From: Nemertoderma westbladi
Lineage: Eukaryota; Animalia; Xenacoelomorpha
Assembly: GCA_032718475.1 (NCBI GenBank)
Contig: JAUCBJ010006853.1
Coordinates: forward strand, 1-64,000
Direction of reading: 5' to 3'
Length of the DNA: 64,000 nt
Below the pieces are notes generated by a model. That model was given only the letters and a program-made list of their open reading frames with translations, ran no database searches and was not told the DNA's origin. The position numbers and the translations under genes were made by a program. Shown here piece after piece: positions 23,366 to 35,980 of the stretch (within the stretch, counting starts at the first letter, position 1; every line of letters begins with the position of its first letter).

Positions 23366-25721
23366 TTTCTATTATCAGATAGTCGGGGAACTTTCGACAC
23401 AAGAAAAATTTTATCCTCTCCAGGGGAAAATCGACGCAATAATGGTCGGCTATATGAATCCAATAACAATGCGTCTACCCTAATTACTGTCCCTCATTAT
23501 CATGTACAGCATTTGATTGGTTAATTGGTATAACTACGTACTATATAGTTGGCCAGTTATTACCATTTACTATTAATTATATATTTAATGTCTATTTAAA
23601 TTATTTTGAAACTGTTAACTAGTATATATGAATAATAAAGTGGGTACAAATATTATTATGACTATTACTCCGTTGGCAAAGACATACCAGTTCATTTCAT
23701 TTTATACCGGTATGAAAGCCGACCAGCCGACCACAGGTGACTTATGGAGGATCGCTAGAAGTCGGCTAGCTTACACATAAGGTATTTAGGTTAGGCCAAG
23801 TTCCAACTACTCTTGGGTCATGTATAAAGAGTAAGTCGTAAGTGGTCGGCTTACATATATCATCATAGACTACATAGAGTTTTGGTCTAACATTTACACT
23901 CATTTTTAACGGAATAATTTGTTTGCGGTAAAGGTAAATGATACGTACCGCCGTGTCTATTGGTTTGGTTACTTCAGAAACAGATCATTACAGAAATGGA
24001 TTACAAAAATAGGTTTATCTTACCAAATTCAATGCAATTTCTTCATTCCATGCTGACTCCTATTCGCCGATATTAAATAAATAAAATAATTCTCGTACAT
24101 ATATTAAAAAAATATGGAAAAAATGTAAAACAATTCATTACAAACTAACTGCCTCCACTCTGCGTCCAAACCCACCAGAAGGATATTGTTTTACTATCGA
24201 AATATCTATGAATATCTCGGGAACATAAATATCACAAAAACTAAAATACGGCTCACATTATAATATATAACAAAAGTATAACTTACAATGGGTTGATTTA
24301 CAATTATTAAGTTCTGGAACTGAAGGTTATTGGATGGAACGAGAAGGAACGTTGGTAACTGGGGAGGTTCGTCTATATTCACTTAGAATTTGATCTTCTG
24401 TATTGTTGATCAACCTAAAATAATAATATTACAAGCCGATAGTAATTATGGTTTAGTAATAATGACAGTAGGTATCTATGTATGTGAAGATTGATGTTCT
24501 GTGTTGGTATCTACGTACATACTGATGGTAAATCTCCGTATGTACTTTATGTACATAGAGACAGCTGGTAGGTCTAAATAAGTACGAACAGACAGATAAT
24601 AGGTCTAGTTATTTATACTGTATAACCTGATTAAGTGTACGGTCACACTGTGACTGGAATGTTGTTGTATGTTTATGAAGCAACATTAATAATGTTGGTG
24701 AAAGATTTAATATAAGATGTTCAGGAGAAAATATATTACTAAAAATTTATCTATTTCTACAAAAATATTTCTGCACCTTTGCTACTTTATATGTATAACA
24801 TAAGGCAACGCAATTAGATTACAAACTTACATTTATTTGTAGATAAATTTTGTCTTTCGTCAGGATCTTTGGAGCTGAATAAATTGTAGCGATTCTGCGA
24901 CACTGTGATTAAGTACTCGTAAGGTTTACTGACTGACACACAGCCGTTTCACAGCCTTTATATGGTTTGGTACCAACTGAACTTCACTTCTACAAATATG
25001 GGTGTTGCCATTTAGTTCACTAATTAATGGGCTGTGTGTTCCAAGGGAGATATTATCTATCGCAAATATCTCTGTAATGTAATGTTTGTCATCTTATACA
25101 AGAAGGGGGTGTGTGTACGTAGAAATCGATTATAATCATTAAAATCCGGTGAAATACGTGACTATGTTCCATGAATATGACTCAGGTCATGGGAACCAAT
25201 AATCTTAACGGAAGTTTCCCATAAGATAATATCAGTAACAACGCTTTTATTATCTAAATAAAAATTACTCAGAATATTTGCTGATTATTACACACAGATT
25301 ATATATTCATCGCCTGTTTAGTTTATTCATGTTTAGTGCTGTTCTTAATAGTCTTTTATGTGGATTTCAATTTGATAGAGAATCAATGGGTGTGGTGAGT
25401 TTCTCTAACCTTGGCGCTCGTCTAGGAAATATTACTACTGCTAACAGCGTGCTGCATAATATACATTGCATATATATTAAATATAATTAAGTATAATACT
25501 ACTTTGATCACCTGAAAAAGATTGCAACCCCCTCACCCCCCCCCCCCCCCCCCAACTTAATATGTTTCCGCCGGTGACCTGGGCACGCAACTTTTTATGT
25601 CGATATTAAGTATGATGTGATTGCTTGTCGACAAAATTTCGCCGCAATACGCATTGCTCACCCTTCTTGCGAAAGTGCCATCCAGAGATTCGGCATCATC
25701 TGCAGTTAGATAGAGCCCAGA

Positions 25722-26638
25722 ATACTACTACTAGTATCGGCATGCTGCATTGCAGCTGCATTTTTAAGAATGCTGTGCCGGCGTGTTGACAAAATTGCGC
25801 CGCCACAACTCCCTATCACCCATGACATTTGCAAGATCATCCGCATCTTCAAGGCCAGTGTCCTTTAAGATGCGTCTCAAGAAAGTCATGGGCTGTCCAT
25901 CATGCTTATTCACTCCATGAGGCTGCCAAAGTACAAGATTATGCACTGGCTGGTCCTCACGGCGAAAACAATGTCCTGCAAAGCGGAAGCGATTTTGTTC
26001 TAGTGTCAAGCTTGGGGGAACCAATGAGACACCACCAATGTTATATAGTGTCTGGTTGGAGATGTGTGTATTGTACTTGACACAATGATCCCGGCGTAGC
26101 ATTCTTGTGAATGTGCCATCCAGAGATTTGGTATCCTCAGCAGTTAGAGCCCAGCATGGACTCCCGTATAGGAGTACTGGAACTACTGCTGCTCTAAATA
26201 ATCGGACCTTAAGTATCCGATTAATTCTCGGTGACCTCGGATCCTGGAAAGCCTATTCAAGGCTGCCCATGCCTTTCCCTTACGTATTCGAAGGTCCTCA
26301 CCTGACTTCCGAATCCATGATCCCACGTAACAGAAGTCGTCCACATGCTCAAGCAAACCATCCTTTGGGCTTATGCTCATCCGATCAGAGACTTGCTGAG
26401 AACGTTCAAAGTTAACTGTTGAAATTTTGGTCTTTCTGGAGTTAATAAAAAGACCACCACTAGAAGCAGCATGTTCTAATGAGCTGAGGAGCCGTTGGGC
26501 TCCCTCTAGTGATTCTGAGAGTACTCCTAAGTCACCAGCAAAGTCTAGATCAGTTAGGTGCTTGGCAGGATTTCCTCGACTTCTGGAGCCAGTAGGTAGA
26601 GTTATCATCACCCCATCATTATTATGATGATCTAAGGA
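25722..26638 (-). mobile_element. 5'-truncated RTE-clade LINE (RT C-terminus, 3' UTR, (TAG)n tail)
   Basis: LTDLDFAGDL (degenerate ADD motif), FCYVGSWI, RFRFAGHCFR. High identity to the copy at 54376-55955. Confidence 0.9.
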
Positions 26639-26764
26639 GCCCAGCATGGACTCCCATATAAGAGTACATACTGGTACTACTGCTGCCCTAAGTACTCGAA
26701 CATTGTGGTTCCGTTTTATTATAGATGTATGGGACTTCGATATCCATGACAGACTATATAATGC

Positions 26765-29420
26765 TGCCTTACATATCCGAAGGTCTTCTTATCCTGCCTT
26801 ACATATCCGAAGGTCTTCTTCTCCTGCCTTACATATCCGAAGGTCTTCTTCTCCTGCCTTACATATCCGAAGGTCTTCTTTTAATGCCTTACATATCCGA
26901 AGGTCTTCTTCTCCTGCCTTACATATCCGAAGGTCTTCTTCTCCTGCCTTACATGTCCGAAGGTCTTCTTCTCTTGCCTTACATATCCGAAGGTCTTCTT
27001 CTCCTGCCTTACATATCTGAAGGTCTTCTTCTCCAGCCTTACATATCCAAAGGTCTTCTCCTGCCTTACATATCCGAGTGTCTTCTTCTCCTGCCTTACA
27101 TATCCGAAGGTCTTCTTCTCCTGCCTTACATATCCGAAGGTCTTCTTTTCATGCCTTACATATCCGAAGGTCTTCTTCTCCTGCCTTACATATCCGAAGG
27201 TCTTCTTCTCCTGCCTTACATATCCGAAGGTCTTCTTTTCATGCCTTACATATCCGAAGGTCTTCTTCTCCTGCCTTACATATCCGAAGGTCTTCTTCTC
27301 CTGCCTTACATGTCCGAAGGTCTTCTTCTCTTGTCTTACATATCCGAAGGTCTTCTTTTCCAGCCTTACATATCCAAAGGTCTTCTTCTCCTGCCTTACA
27401 TATCCGAAGGTCTTCTTCTCCTGCCTTACATGTCCGAAGGTCTTCTTCTCTTGTCTTACATATCCGAAGGTCTTCTTCTCCTGCCTTACATATCCGAAGG
27501 TCTTCTTCTCCTGCCTTACATATCCGAAGGTCTTCTTCTCCTGCCTTACATATCCGAAGGTCTTCTTCTCCTGCCTTACATATCCGAAGGTCTTCTTCTC
27601 CTGCCTTACATGTCCGAAGGTCTTCTTCTCTTGTCTTACATATCCGAAGGTCTTCTTCTCCTGCCTTACATATCCGAAGGTCTTCTTCTCCTGCCTTACA
27701 TATCCTAAGGTCTTCTTCTCTTGTCTTACATATCCGAAGGTCTTCTTCTCCTGCCTTACATATCCGAAGGTCTTCTTCTCCTGCCTTACATATCCTAAGG
27801 TCTTCTTCTCCTGCCTTACATATCCGAAGGACTTCTTCTCCTGCCTTACATGTCCGAAGGTCTTCTTCTCTTGTCTTACATATCCGAAGGTCTTCTTCTC
27901 CTGCCTTACATGTCCGAAGGTCTTCTTCTCTTGTCTTACATATCCGAAGGTCTTCTTCTCCTGCCTTACATATCCGAAGGTCTTCTTCTCCTGCCTTACA
28001 TATCCTAAGGTCTTCTTCTCCTGCCTTACATATCCGAAGGACTTCTTCTCCTGCCTTACATGTCCGAAGGTCTTCTTCTCTTGTCTTACATATCCGAAGG
28101 TCTTCTTCTCCTGCCTTACATGTCCGAAGGTCTTCTTCTCTTGTCTTACATATCCGAAGGTCTTCTTCTCCTGCCTTACATGTCCGAAGGTCTTCTTCTC
28201 TTGTCTTACATATCCGAAGGTCTTCTTCTCCTGCCTTACATATCCGAAGGTCTTCTTCTCCTGCCTTACATGTCCGAAGGTCTTCTTCTCTTGTCTTACA
28301 TATCCGAAGGTCTTCTTCTCCTGCCTTACATGTCCGAAGGTCTTCTTCTCCTGCCTTACATGTCCGAAGGTCTTCTTCTCTTGTCTTACATATCCGAAGG
28401 TCTTCTTCTCCTGCCTTACATGTCCGAAGGTCTTCTTCTCTTGTCTTACATATCCGAAGGTCTTCTTCTCCTGCCTTACATATCCGAAGGTCTTCTTCTC
28501 CTGCCTTACATGTCCGAAGGTCTTCTTCTCCTGCCTTACATATCCTAAGGTCTTCTTCTCCTGCCTTACATATCCGAAGGTCTTCTTCTCCTGCCTTACA
28601 TATCCGAAGGTCTTCTTCTCCTGCCTTATATATCCGAAGGTCTTCTTCTCCTGCCTTACATATCCGAAGGACTTCTTCTCCTGCCTTATATATACGAAGG
28701 TCTTCTTCTCCTGCCTTATATATCCGAAGGTCTTCTTCTCCTGCCTTACATATCCGAAGGTCTTCTTCTCCTGCCTTACATATCCGAAGGTCTTCTTCTC
28801 CTGCCTTACATATCCGAAGGTCTTCTTCTCCTGCCTTACATATCCGAAGTTCTTCTTCTCCTGCCTTACATGTCCGAAGGTCTTCTTCTCTTGTCTTACA
28901 TATCCGAAGGTCTTCTTCTCCTGCCTTACATATCCGAAGGACTTCTTCTCCTGCCTTATATATACGAAGGTCTTCTTCTCCTGCCTTATATATACGAAGG
29001 TCTTCTTCTCCTGCCTTACATATCCGAAGTTCTTCTTCTCCTGCCTTACATGTCCGAAGGTCTTCTTCTCTTGTCTTACATATCCGAAGGTCTTCTTCTC
29101 CTGCCTTACATATCCGAAGGACTTCTTCTCCTGCCTTATATATACGAAGGTCTTCTTCTCCTGCCTTATATATACGAAGGTCTTCTTCTCCTGCCTTATA
29201 TATACGAAGGTCTTCTTCTCCTGCCTTACATATCCGAAGTTCTTCTTCTCCTGCCTTACATGTCCGAAGGTCTTCTTCTCTTGTCTTACATATCCGAAGG
29301 TCTTCTTCTCCTGCCTTACATGTCCGAAGGTCTTCTTCTCCTGCCTTACATATCCGAAGGTCTTCTTCTCCTGCCTTACATATCCGAAGGTCTTCTTCTC
29401 CTGCCTTACATATCCTAAGG
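26765..29420. repeat. 30-bp minisatellite (CTGCCTTACATATCCGAAGGTCTTCTTCTC), about 88 copies, derived from RTE RT sequence
   Basis: Visible tandem unit. The minus-strand reading EEDLRICKAG matches the RTE motif GEDLRIRKG. Confidence 0.97.
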
Positions 29421-29685
29421 TTTTCTTCTCGACCTGACTTGCAGATCCATGATCCCAAGTGCTAGAATTTAATTACATGCTCAAGCAAACCATCTCTATG
29501 GAGCTTATGCTTATACCATCAGTCAAGGGCAGTCAAGGTTCACTGTCATAATTTTGGTCTTCTTGGAGTTAAGAAAAAGCTGCCCCAATGAAAACAGGAG
29601 CCTTTTGGCTCCCTCTAGTAATTCTGACAGTACCGGTACCCCTAAGTCATCAGCAAATTCTAGATCAGTAAGGTACATTAATGGA

Positions 29686-31300
29686 TTTATTTATTTTCTC
29701 TAGCGGAGGACTGTATATTAAATTAAGCTTAAGGTTCACATTTTGACAATTGACAATAACAATAACAATTAGGACATATGAGGCCCTATATCCAGCTTAG
29801 TTATTAGATCAAATTAGAGGTGCTAGGAGTGAAAGTTGTAAAAATATGGTAAACAATAAACTTTATAAAATAAAAATATACTAGACCGACGGGCGCGCTG
29901 ACTCACAACCCAAGCCACAAAATAAAAGGCACATCAATAAACATTAATAATATAATAATATAATGTAGCAACATACAGTGAAATTTAATTTACATTACCA
30001 AATGAATCTATTTAATTAGCTAACAATGACAGTTGAAGGGAAAAGGTATATATGCAAGCAAGTAAGTAAATATTTTGGGCTAATGGTTTTGTTTTATTGT
30101 GAAAGTAGCCGAAAACGCTGAGTAGAGACAATAAAGGTGTTTAGAAGGGAGAAAAATTTGTTGTAATCGGTCGCAGATATACCTTGTTCCTCTAATACAG
30201 AGTTTAATAACAGTGAAGCCCCCAGAGCTTCCAACCCAACCTTCAGTGTATGTCGGGCACCAGAGGAACTCGGACAAGTTATAAAAAAGTGAAAGTCGGT
30301 TTCTGTGGCAGCACCGCATGAGGTGCACTCAGGTGAGTCCTGAAGGTGCCTGGATACCATGTCTGCAGATAGTTCACTAGACCGCAATCGCGACTGGCAG
30401 ACAATGATTTGAAATTTGCGGGTTCCAACACAGTAAAATGGTTTGATAACATTATTTGAAATAAGTCGGGATTTAAACGTCGGGAGAGGGAGTGACCATA
30501 AAGGTCTTTACGGTACGATATTTGGAAAATGTTGGCGCTGTTTCAGAGAGGGTAACTATGTGATGGGTTTTGCCCTACTGTAATTGGGATTCTGGAAAAT
30601 AAGTACTCCGGTGTTAACTTGTTAATAATTTTATAAAAAGTTATTAAGCAGATGGCTGAGCGCCTGGAAGAGAGACTCTGTATGTTGCATTCGGTATGCA
30701 ACTTTCTATGTGAAGTGCGAGATGGAGCACCAGTGGCAATTCTTAGAATTTCAAGTTCAAAATTGTCAAGTAGACCGACATTTCTTGAGATATGTTGTTC
30801 CAGACCGCACAGCCGTATTCCAGTTTAGGACGTATAAATGTTTTGTATATTTTTAGTATTGCATCTTTGGATAGGATGTATTTAGTTTTCCGCAGAACCA
30901 ATAGATTTCTCGAAACTGAGTTAATTAGTTCTAGGACATGGTCATTGAACTTGAAATTGGAAGAAAATACCAGTCCCAGGTGTTTGTTTGTGAGTCTCAC
31001 CACACGGAAGGACCTCACCATTTAGATGTAATGGCACTGTCTGGTAGGGGATGGAACCACACATAGTCATTACAATGGTTTTCTCTGGGGTAAAAGTTAC
31101 GAGCCATTGAGTAGCCCAAGTGTGTAGTTCATGAAGTTCGTGGTTAAGAAAGTGAGCGCGCACAACAGGATGAATGATTCTAGATGAAAGAGATGTATCG
31201 TTAGCAAACAGTAAACAGTTTGCCGACAATACATCAACAAGGTCATTTATGTAAATAATAAATAAGATGGGACCGAGCACACTTCCCTGTGGTACGCCGT
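29686..31300 (-). mobile_element. 5'-truncated CR1-clade LINE (RT domains 4-7 and C-terminal Zn knuckle), frameshifted
   Basis: GVPQGSVLGPILFIIYINDL, LLFANDTSL, KHLGLVFS, IRPKLEYG, CTSCG..ETDFHFFITCP. ATTTATTTATTT occurs at both junctions (tail/TSD). Confidence 0.9.
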
Positions 31301-31459
31301 ATTTATTTATTTGTGCCAGTACAGTAGGTGGAGTCATCACCCATCATCATTATGATGATCTAAGGACATGCGAATAAAATAGTCAACCACAATTACGAAT
31401 ATAAAGGGTGTAAGTGTGTCACCGTGAATGTGTTTGTAGAACCCCTAAAGGTCTAACTA

Positions 31460-31900
31460 CACAGCAGCTTTTTTAGGGTAAAGTGCTAACTTTTTTAAAG
31501 TGCTAACTTAAAGTGCTAACCAAACCTGCCAAATGAATTCTTAAGCCATGATTGGTCCAAATTTGCTTTCAGTTTGGCTGTTAGCACTTTAAAGTTGTTG
31601 CAAACACGTACATGTGTATGTGTAAATTGCGATGCGCCCCCTAGCGTCTCATGTGTGCATCACTATATCGGCTGAATCTTCTGTAGTGCTAACTTTGTTT
31701 GTAAAGGTTAGCAGTATAACATTTTGATAGTAAAGTTAATATAGTGCTAACTGCACTGTGTAAATGTTAGTAGTATAATATTTTAAAAGTAAATTGAATA
31801 TACTGTAGTGCTAACCTAGTATGAAATTGATGGCAGTCATATTGAACTAATTGATTGCTTTTTATGAGACGTAACAATCTCGTCGAGTTAGCACTTTATA
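31460..31900. mobile_element. Degenerate element with dispersed AGTGCTAAC/GTTAGCACT motifs in both orientations
   Basis: At least eight copies of the motif, typical of transposon subterminal repeats. The ends could not be resolved. Confidence 0.35.
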
Positions 31901-32013
31901 ATTTCTGCCATCGCAAACTATTCAATACAAACACACTTTCCAATGTTTTGTAAAACAGACAATATAAAGTAGGGCAATGCTTTTTTTATTAGCAATAAAA
32001 TGTCTGGAGTTAG

Positions 32014-33984
32014 TGTGACGGGATCCGAGATGGCGAGGATCCCGACCGGTGTGGTATTTTGAGTCGTGTGGAAAATACTCGTCGCCGCGTCTGTTAGGCT
32101 ACTGAACGGCTGTTGAGGAGGCTGGAAGGCCGAAGGCTGGTAAAATTACTGAGTTTATAGTTAAGTTGTTCGTAATATCAGATCTATAAAGCACAATCAG
32201 TGATATAATAATAGCAGTAACCATAATGAAATTTATAGCAATATAAACACATGGATGAAAGATCAATGACTCATGAAAGAACTACCTGCATACATCAAAT
32301 GTCATCAAATGTGTCCAAACTTAGTTAGATACCAAAATTTTAATTTTTTATGGATCAAGGGAACTAGTGCCACAGGCACATGGCCAGAACCTACCATTTG
32401 GCGCAAGTGTTGATTATTCTCAATTTTCGCGTTGGCCAACAGTTCTCCCACTACATTAATATTATGCTCATTAGAACTGCAATGACCGGGGGTGGGGGTA
32501 GACACCTTCAAAACAAACGTAGAGCGAATAGTTCTTGAGATGTCGCAGAGAATGTGAAGTCCAGCACAAGACTACATTACCGCCTTGATCTGATATGGAC
32601 AAATACTCTAAAAATGATACTTTGAATTATTTTAAGGAATCAAAAATAGACACATCACAGTAATGATAGATATAGGATCAAGAGTCAGACTCTATCAGCA
32701 GTTAAATGAAACTGTAATAGTTGACCTACAATGATCTGTTAATACAGGGTAAGGGAAGCAGATCAGCGCCAATAAATTATTATGGTTTATTCTCTCTCTG
32801 CTGCATTACAAAACTCGATCCAACGGTTGCCAACTCGGTAACAAATCAATAATCATTGATAAAGTCCCGGACCGAACCCAGGGGGCTGACCGAGACCTGG
32901 ACTGAACCAAGGGGGCAGAAAGTGTCCCGGACCGTACCCAGGGGGCGGACAGAGTCCTGGACCGAACCAGGGTGCGGCCAGAGTCCTGGACCGAACCCAG
33001 GGGGTGGACAGAGTCCCGGACCGAACCAAGGCAAGGGGTAGCACAATTACCCACAGTTGGCTTATGGGGCAGACAGAGGCCCGAACCAAACCTAGGTGGT
33101 GGACAGAGACCCGGACCAAACCAAGGGGGCGGACAGTGTTCCGGACCGTACCCAGGGGACGGACAGACTCCTGGACCGAACCAGGGTGCGGACATAGTCC
33201 TGAACCGAACCCAGGGGGTGGACAGAGACCCAGACCGAACCAATGGGGCGGACAGTGTCCCGGACCGTACCCAGGGGGCGGACAGAGACCCAGACCGAAC
33301 CAATGGGGCGGACAGTGTCCCGGACTGAACCCAGGGAGCGGACAGAGTCCTGGACCGAACCAGGGTGCGGGCAGAGTCCTCGACCGCACCCAGTGGGTGG
33401 ACAGAGACCCGGACCGAACCGGACAATTACCCCCAGTTGGCTTATGGGGCAGACAGAGGCCCGAACCAAACCCAGGTGGTGGACAGAGATCCGGACCGAA
33501 CCAATGGGGCGGACAGTGTCCCGGACCGTACCCAGGGGGCGGACAGAGACCCGGACCGAACCAATGGGGCGGACAGTGTCCCGGACTGAACCCAGGGAGC
33601 GGACAGAGTCCTGGACCGAACCAGGGTGCGGACAGAGTCCTGGACCGAACCCAGTGGGTGGACAGAGACCCGGACCGAACCGGACAATTACCCCCAGTTG
33701 GCTTATGGGGCAGACAGAGGCCCGAACCAAACCCAGGTGGTGGACAGAGACCCAGACCGAACCAAGGGGACGGACAGAGACCGACAGATAAAGACAGACA
33801 GAGAGAGTGGAAAACTTGTGCCATTTGTGCGTTTGCTTTTGATTCATTACTACATTTTATTATAGCATTGCCTTCAGATTGTCTTAATTATTATTTGAAA
33901 AAATATTATATTAAACTTTTACAATCTCTTTAGTATAAAATTATTTCAATAATTACGAAACAATTGTTGACATCACTTGTGGCA
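32014..33984 (-). mobile_element. Solo-LTR-like element related to the BEL LTR, containing a minisatellite
   Basis: TG...CA termini with 5-bp TSD GTTAG (32009-32013 and 33985-33989). The left end TGTGACGGGATCC...GGATCCCGA matches the reverse complement of the BEL LTR 3' end. Confidence 0.65.
32862..33790. repeat. GC-rich 29-30-bp minisatellite (GGACAGAGTCCTGGACCGAACCCAGGGGGC) with a roughly 261-bp higher-order duplication
   Basis: Visible tandem units. The block containing ACAATTACCC.CAGTTGGCTTATGGGG recurs at about 33043, 33423 and 33684. Confidence 0.9.
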
Positions 33985-34362
33985 GTTAGCTACGGTTTGA
34001 GTTGCTATAGTGCCGGGCCGGATGGAAAAATGAGTCGAGATGGTTGCGTACGATGTGTTGTAAGCCTTCAGCAATAAATAAATATTAGACTCTCTGTACA
34101 AGTGTAATAGTTTGGAAGGGGACAGACATGATGGATTAGGTTTAATGGGTCGAACCAATAACTACAACTACTATAGTCGGCCTACAGCATTGAAACTGCT
34201 ATTTGAGATGCTATGCCGGTTGAACAAAAACATTTTGTCACCAACCACCATGTAATTCAGATTTGGCAAACCCAATGCAGCGTACATTAAGAATGTTATC
34301 CCGGCTTATCAACAAAGCAACTCCTCAACTAACGATCCACTAACACAAGTTGACATACATTT

Positions 34363-35061
34363 GAGTCATTCCAGCCAAAATCGACAAATGTCGGTGGCAC
34401 TATCTCTGAGTTTTGGTTCAAAATTATTTTATATGTTGCAAATAATGTTAATATAAATCGCTGAAAATTTTAGTTGATTTTAATTATTAGATCAGAAGTT
34501 ATGGCTGGTAAAAGTTGGCAATTCCAGAAATTCAGACAAAATTGAATTCAAATTATTTATGGTCTACATGCCGGGACATTGCTAAAAACAAGTTTATAGT
34601 AAACATGGATAGCATATTATAAATTCAAACCATTGTTTTTATTTTATTTCGATGTGGGCTGTTTAAATTAAGGTTTTAAATTTGTCTTATTTTGAAATTT
34701 TCACTAATTTTTTTACCAAATTCAAAGTGCTTTAAATCTTAGTCTACAAATTGGGCAAGTCATAATTCTTTGTATTTAAAGATTCTTTGAATTTTCTATA
34801 TATTTAAAATGCTATCCATGTTTACTATAAACTTGTTTTCAGCAATGTCCCGGCATGTAGACCATAAATAATTTGAATTTAATTTGGTCTGAATTTCTGG
34901 AATTGCCAACTTTTACCAGCCATAACTTCTGATCTAATAATTAAAATCAACTAAAATTTTCAGCGATTTATATTAACATTATTTGCAACATATAAAATAA
35001 TTTTGAACCAAATCTCAGAGATAGTGCCACCGACATTTGTCGATTTTGGCTGGAATGACTC
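34363..35061. mobile_element. Foldback/MITE with about 255-bp near-perfect TIRs
   Basis: 34363-34617 is the reverse complement of about 34808-35061 (GAGTCATTCCAGCCAAAATCGAC...). No clean TSD (CATACATTT vs CACACTTGA). Confidence 0.85.
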
Positions 35062-35309
35062 CACACTTGAAGACAGCTAGGCCTACTTAGAGAGAAGTGC
35101 CGCTACCACTAACTACTGGAGCTGGGGGAAGATCTTCTCTGTGCTGGGGGAAGAGCGCGTAAGAAAGGGGGGAAGAGGGGGGAAGAAAATGGGTATGGAT
35201 CTATAAATAGCATCCAATGGGACGCCTCTATTTTACGACCGTTCTATACTGTAAACATACAGCTGTCTACCTTATTGAGAAGTGGTAATACTACTTAATA
35301 GTTGCTAAA

Positions 35310-35680
35310 CTTACCCCCCCCCCCCCCCCCACCACCCACCTATCATTACACACCTACTGTACTTAACCATACATACCCATTCCTACATACCTACTTACAC
35401 GTACCCTCCCACCCACCTAAGCACGTCGACTTAACTGCAAAGCACACCTAGTTAACCGCACCCACCTACCCACCTAAGCACGTATACTTACCCACACCCA
35501 CCCACATACCTAAGCACAACTACTTAACTGCACCCACCCACCCTCCTAAGCACGTCTACTTAACCGCACCCACCCACCAACCTAAGCACGTCTAGTTAAC
35601 CACACCCACCCACCCACCCACCTAAGCACATCGACTTAACCGCACCCCCCCCCCCCCCCCACCCACCAAGCACACCTCAC
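35310..35680. repeat. C/A-rich degenerate tandem repeat (CACCCACCCACCTAAGCACGTCTACTTAACCG) bounded by poly-C tracts
   Basis: Directly visible. Confidence 0.75.
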
Positions 35681-35784
35681 TTCGAGATTAGATTATATTC
35701 GCTAGATTACATGCTATATCACACGATAAATACTGCCAGTACATATCGCAGCCTTGAAAGTCTTTTGGACAAAATTCCCATAAG

Positions 35785-35980
35785 CACTGCGTCATCCCAT
35801 GACTTTCTTAAGACACATCTTAAAGGACACTGGCCCTAAAGATGCGGATGATCTAGCAAATATCTTGGGTGATAGGGAGTTTTGGGGGAGGAATTTTGTC
35901 GACAAGCCGGCATATCATTCTTAATATGTAACGTAATATATATAATGCAGCTGCAATGCAGCATGCCGATCGTAGAAGTA
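35785..35980 (+). mobile_element. Short 3' fragment of the same RTE family
   Basis: Aligns to about 55778-55940 (ATCTTAAAGGACACTGGCC...GCTGCAATGCAGCATGCCGATC). Confidence 0.8.

Larger units (their letters stand above)
26639..31420 (-). mobile_element. Second, more diverged RTE copy, disrupted by the 30-bp minisatellite and a CR1 insertion
   Basis: 26639-26765 reads AALYSLSWISKS...VRVLRAAVVP (RTE thumb). 29420-29680 reads LTDLEFADDL and GSWICKSG. 31325-31425 reads GDTLTPFIFVIVVDY. Confidence 0.8.

Noticed and set aside
27078-29465. 795-aa and 739-aa ORFs as genuine repeat proteins
   Set aside because: They are explained by an in-frame 30-bp expansion inside a dead RTE element.
32806-33933. 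Gly/Pro-rich ORFs resembling collagen or structural proteins
   Set aside because: They are open in many frames on both strands because of a GC-rich minisatellite inside an LTR-like element.
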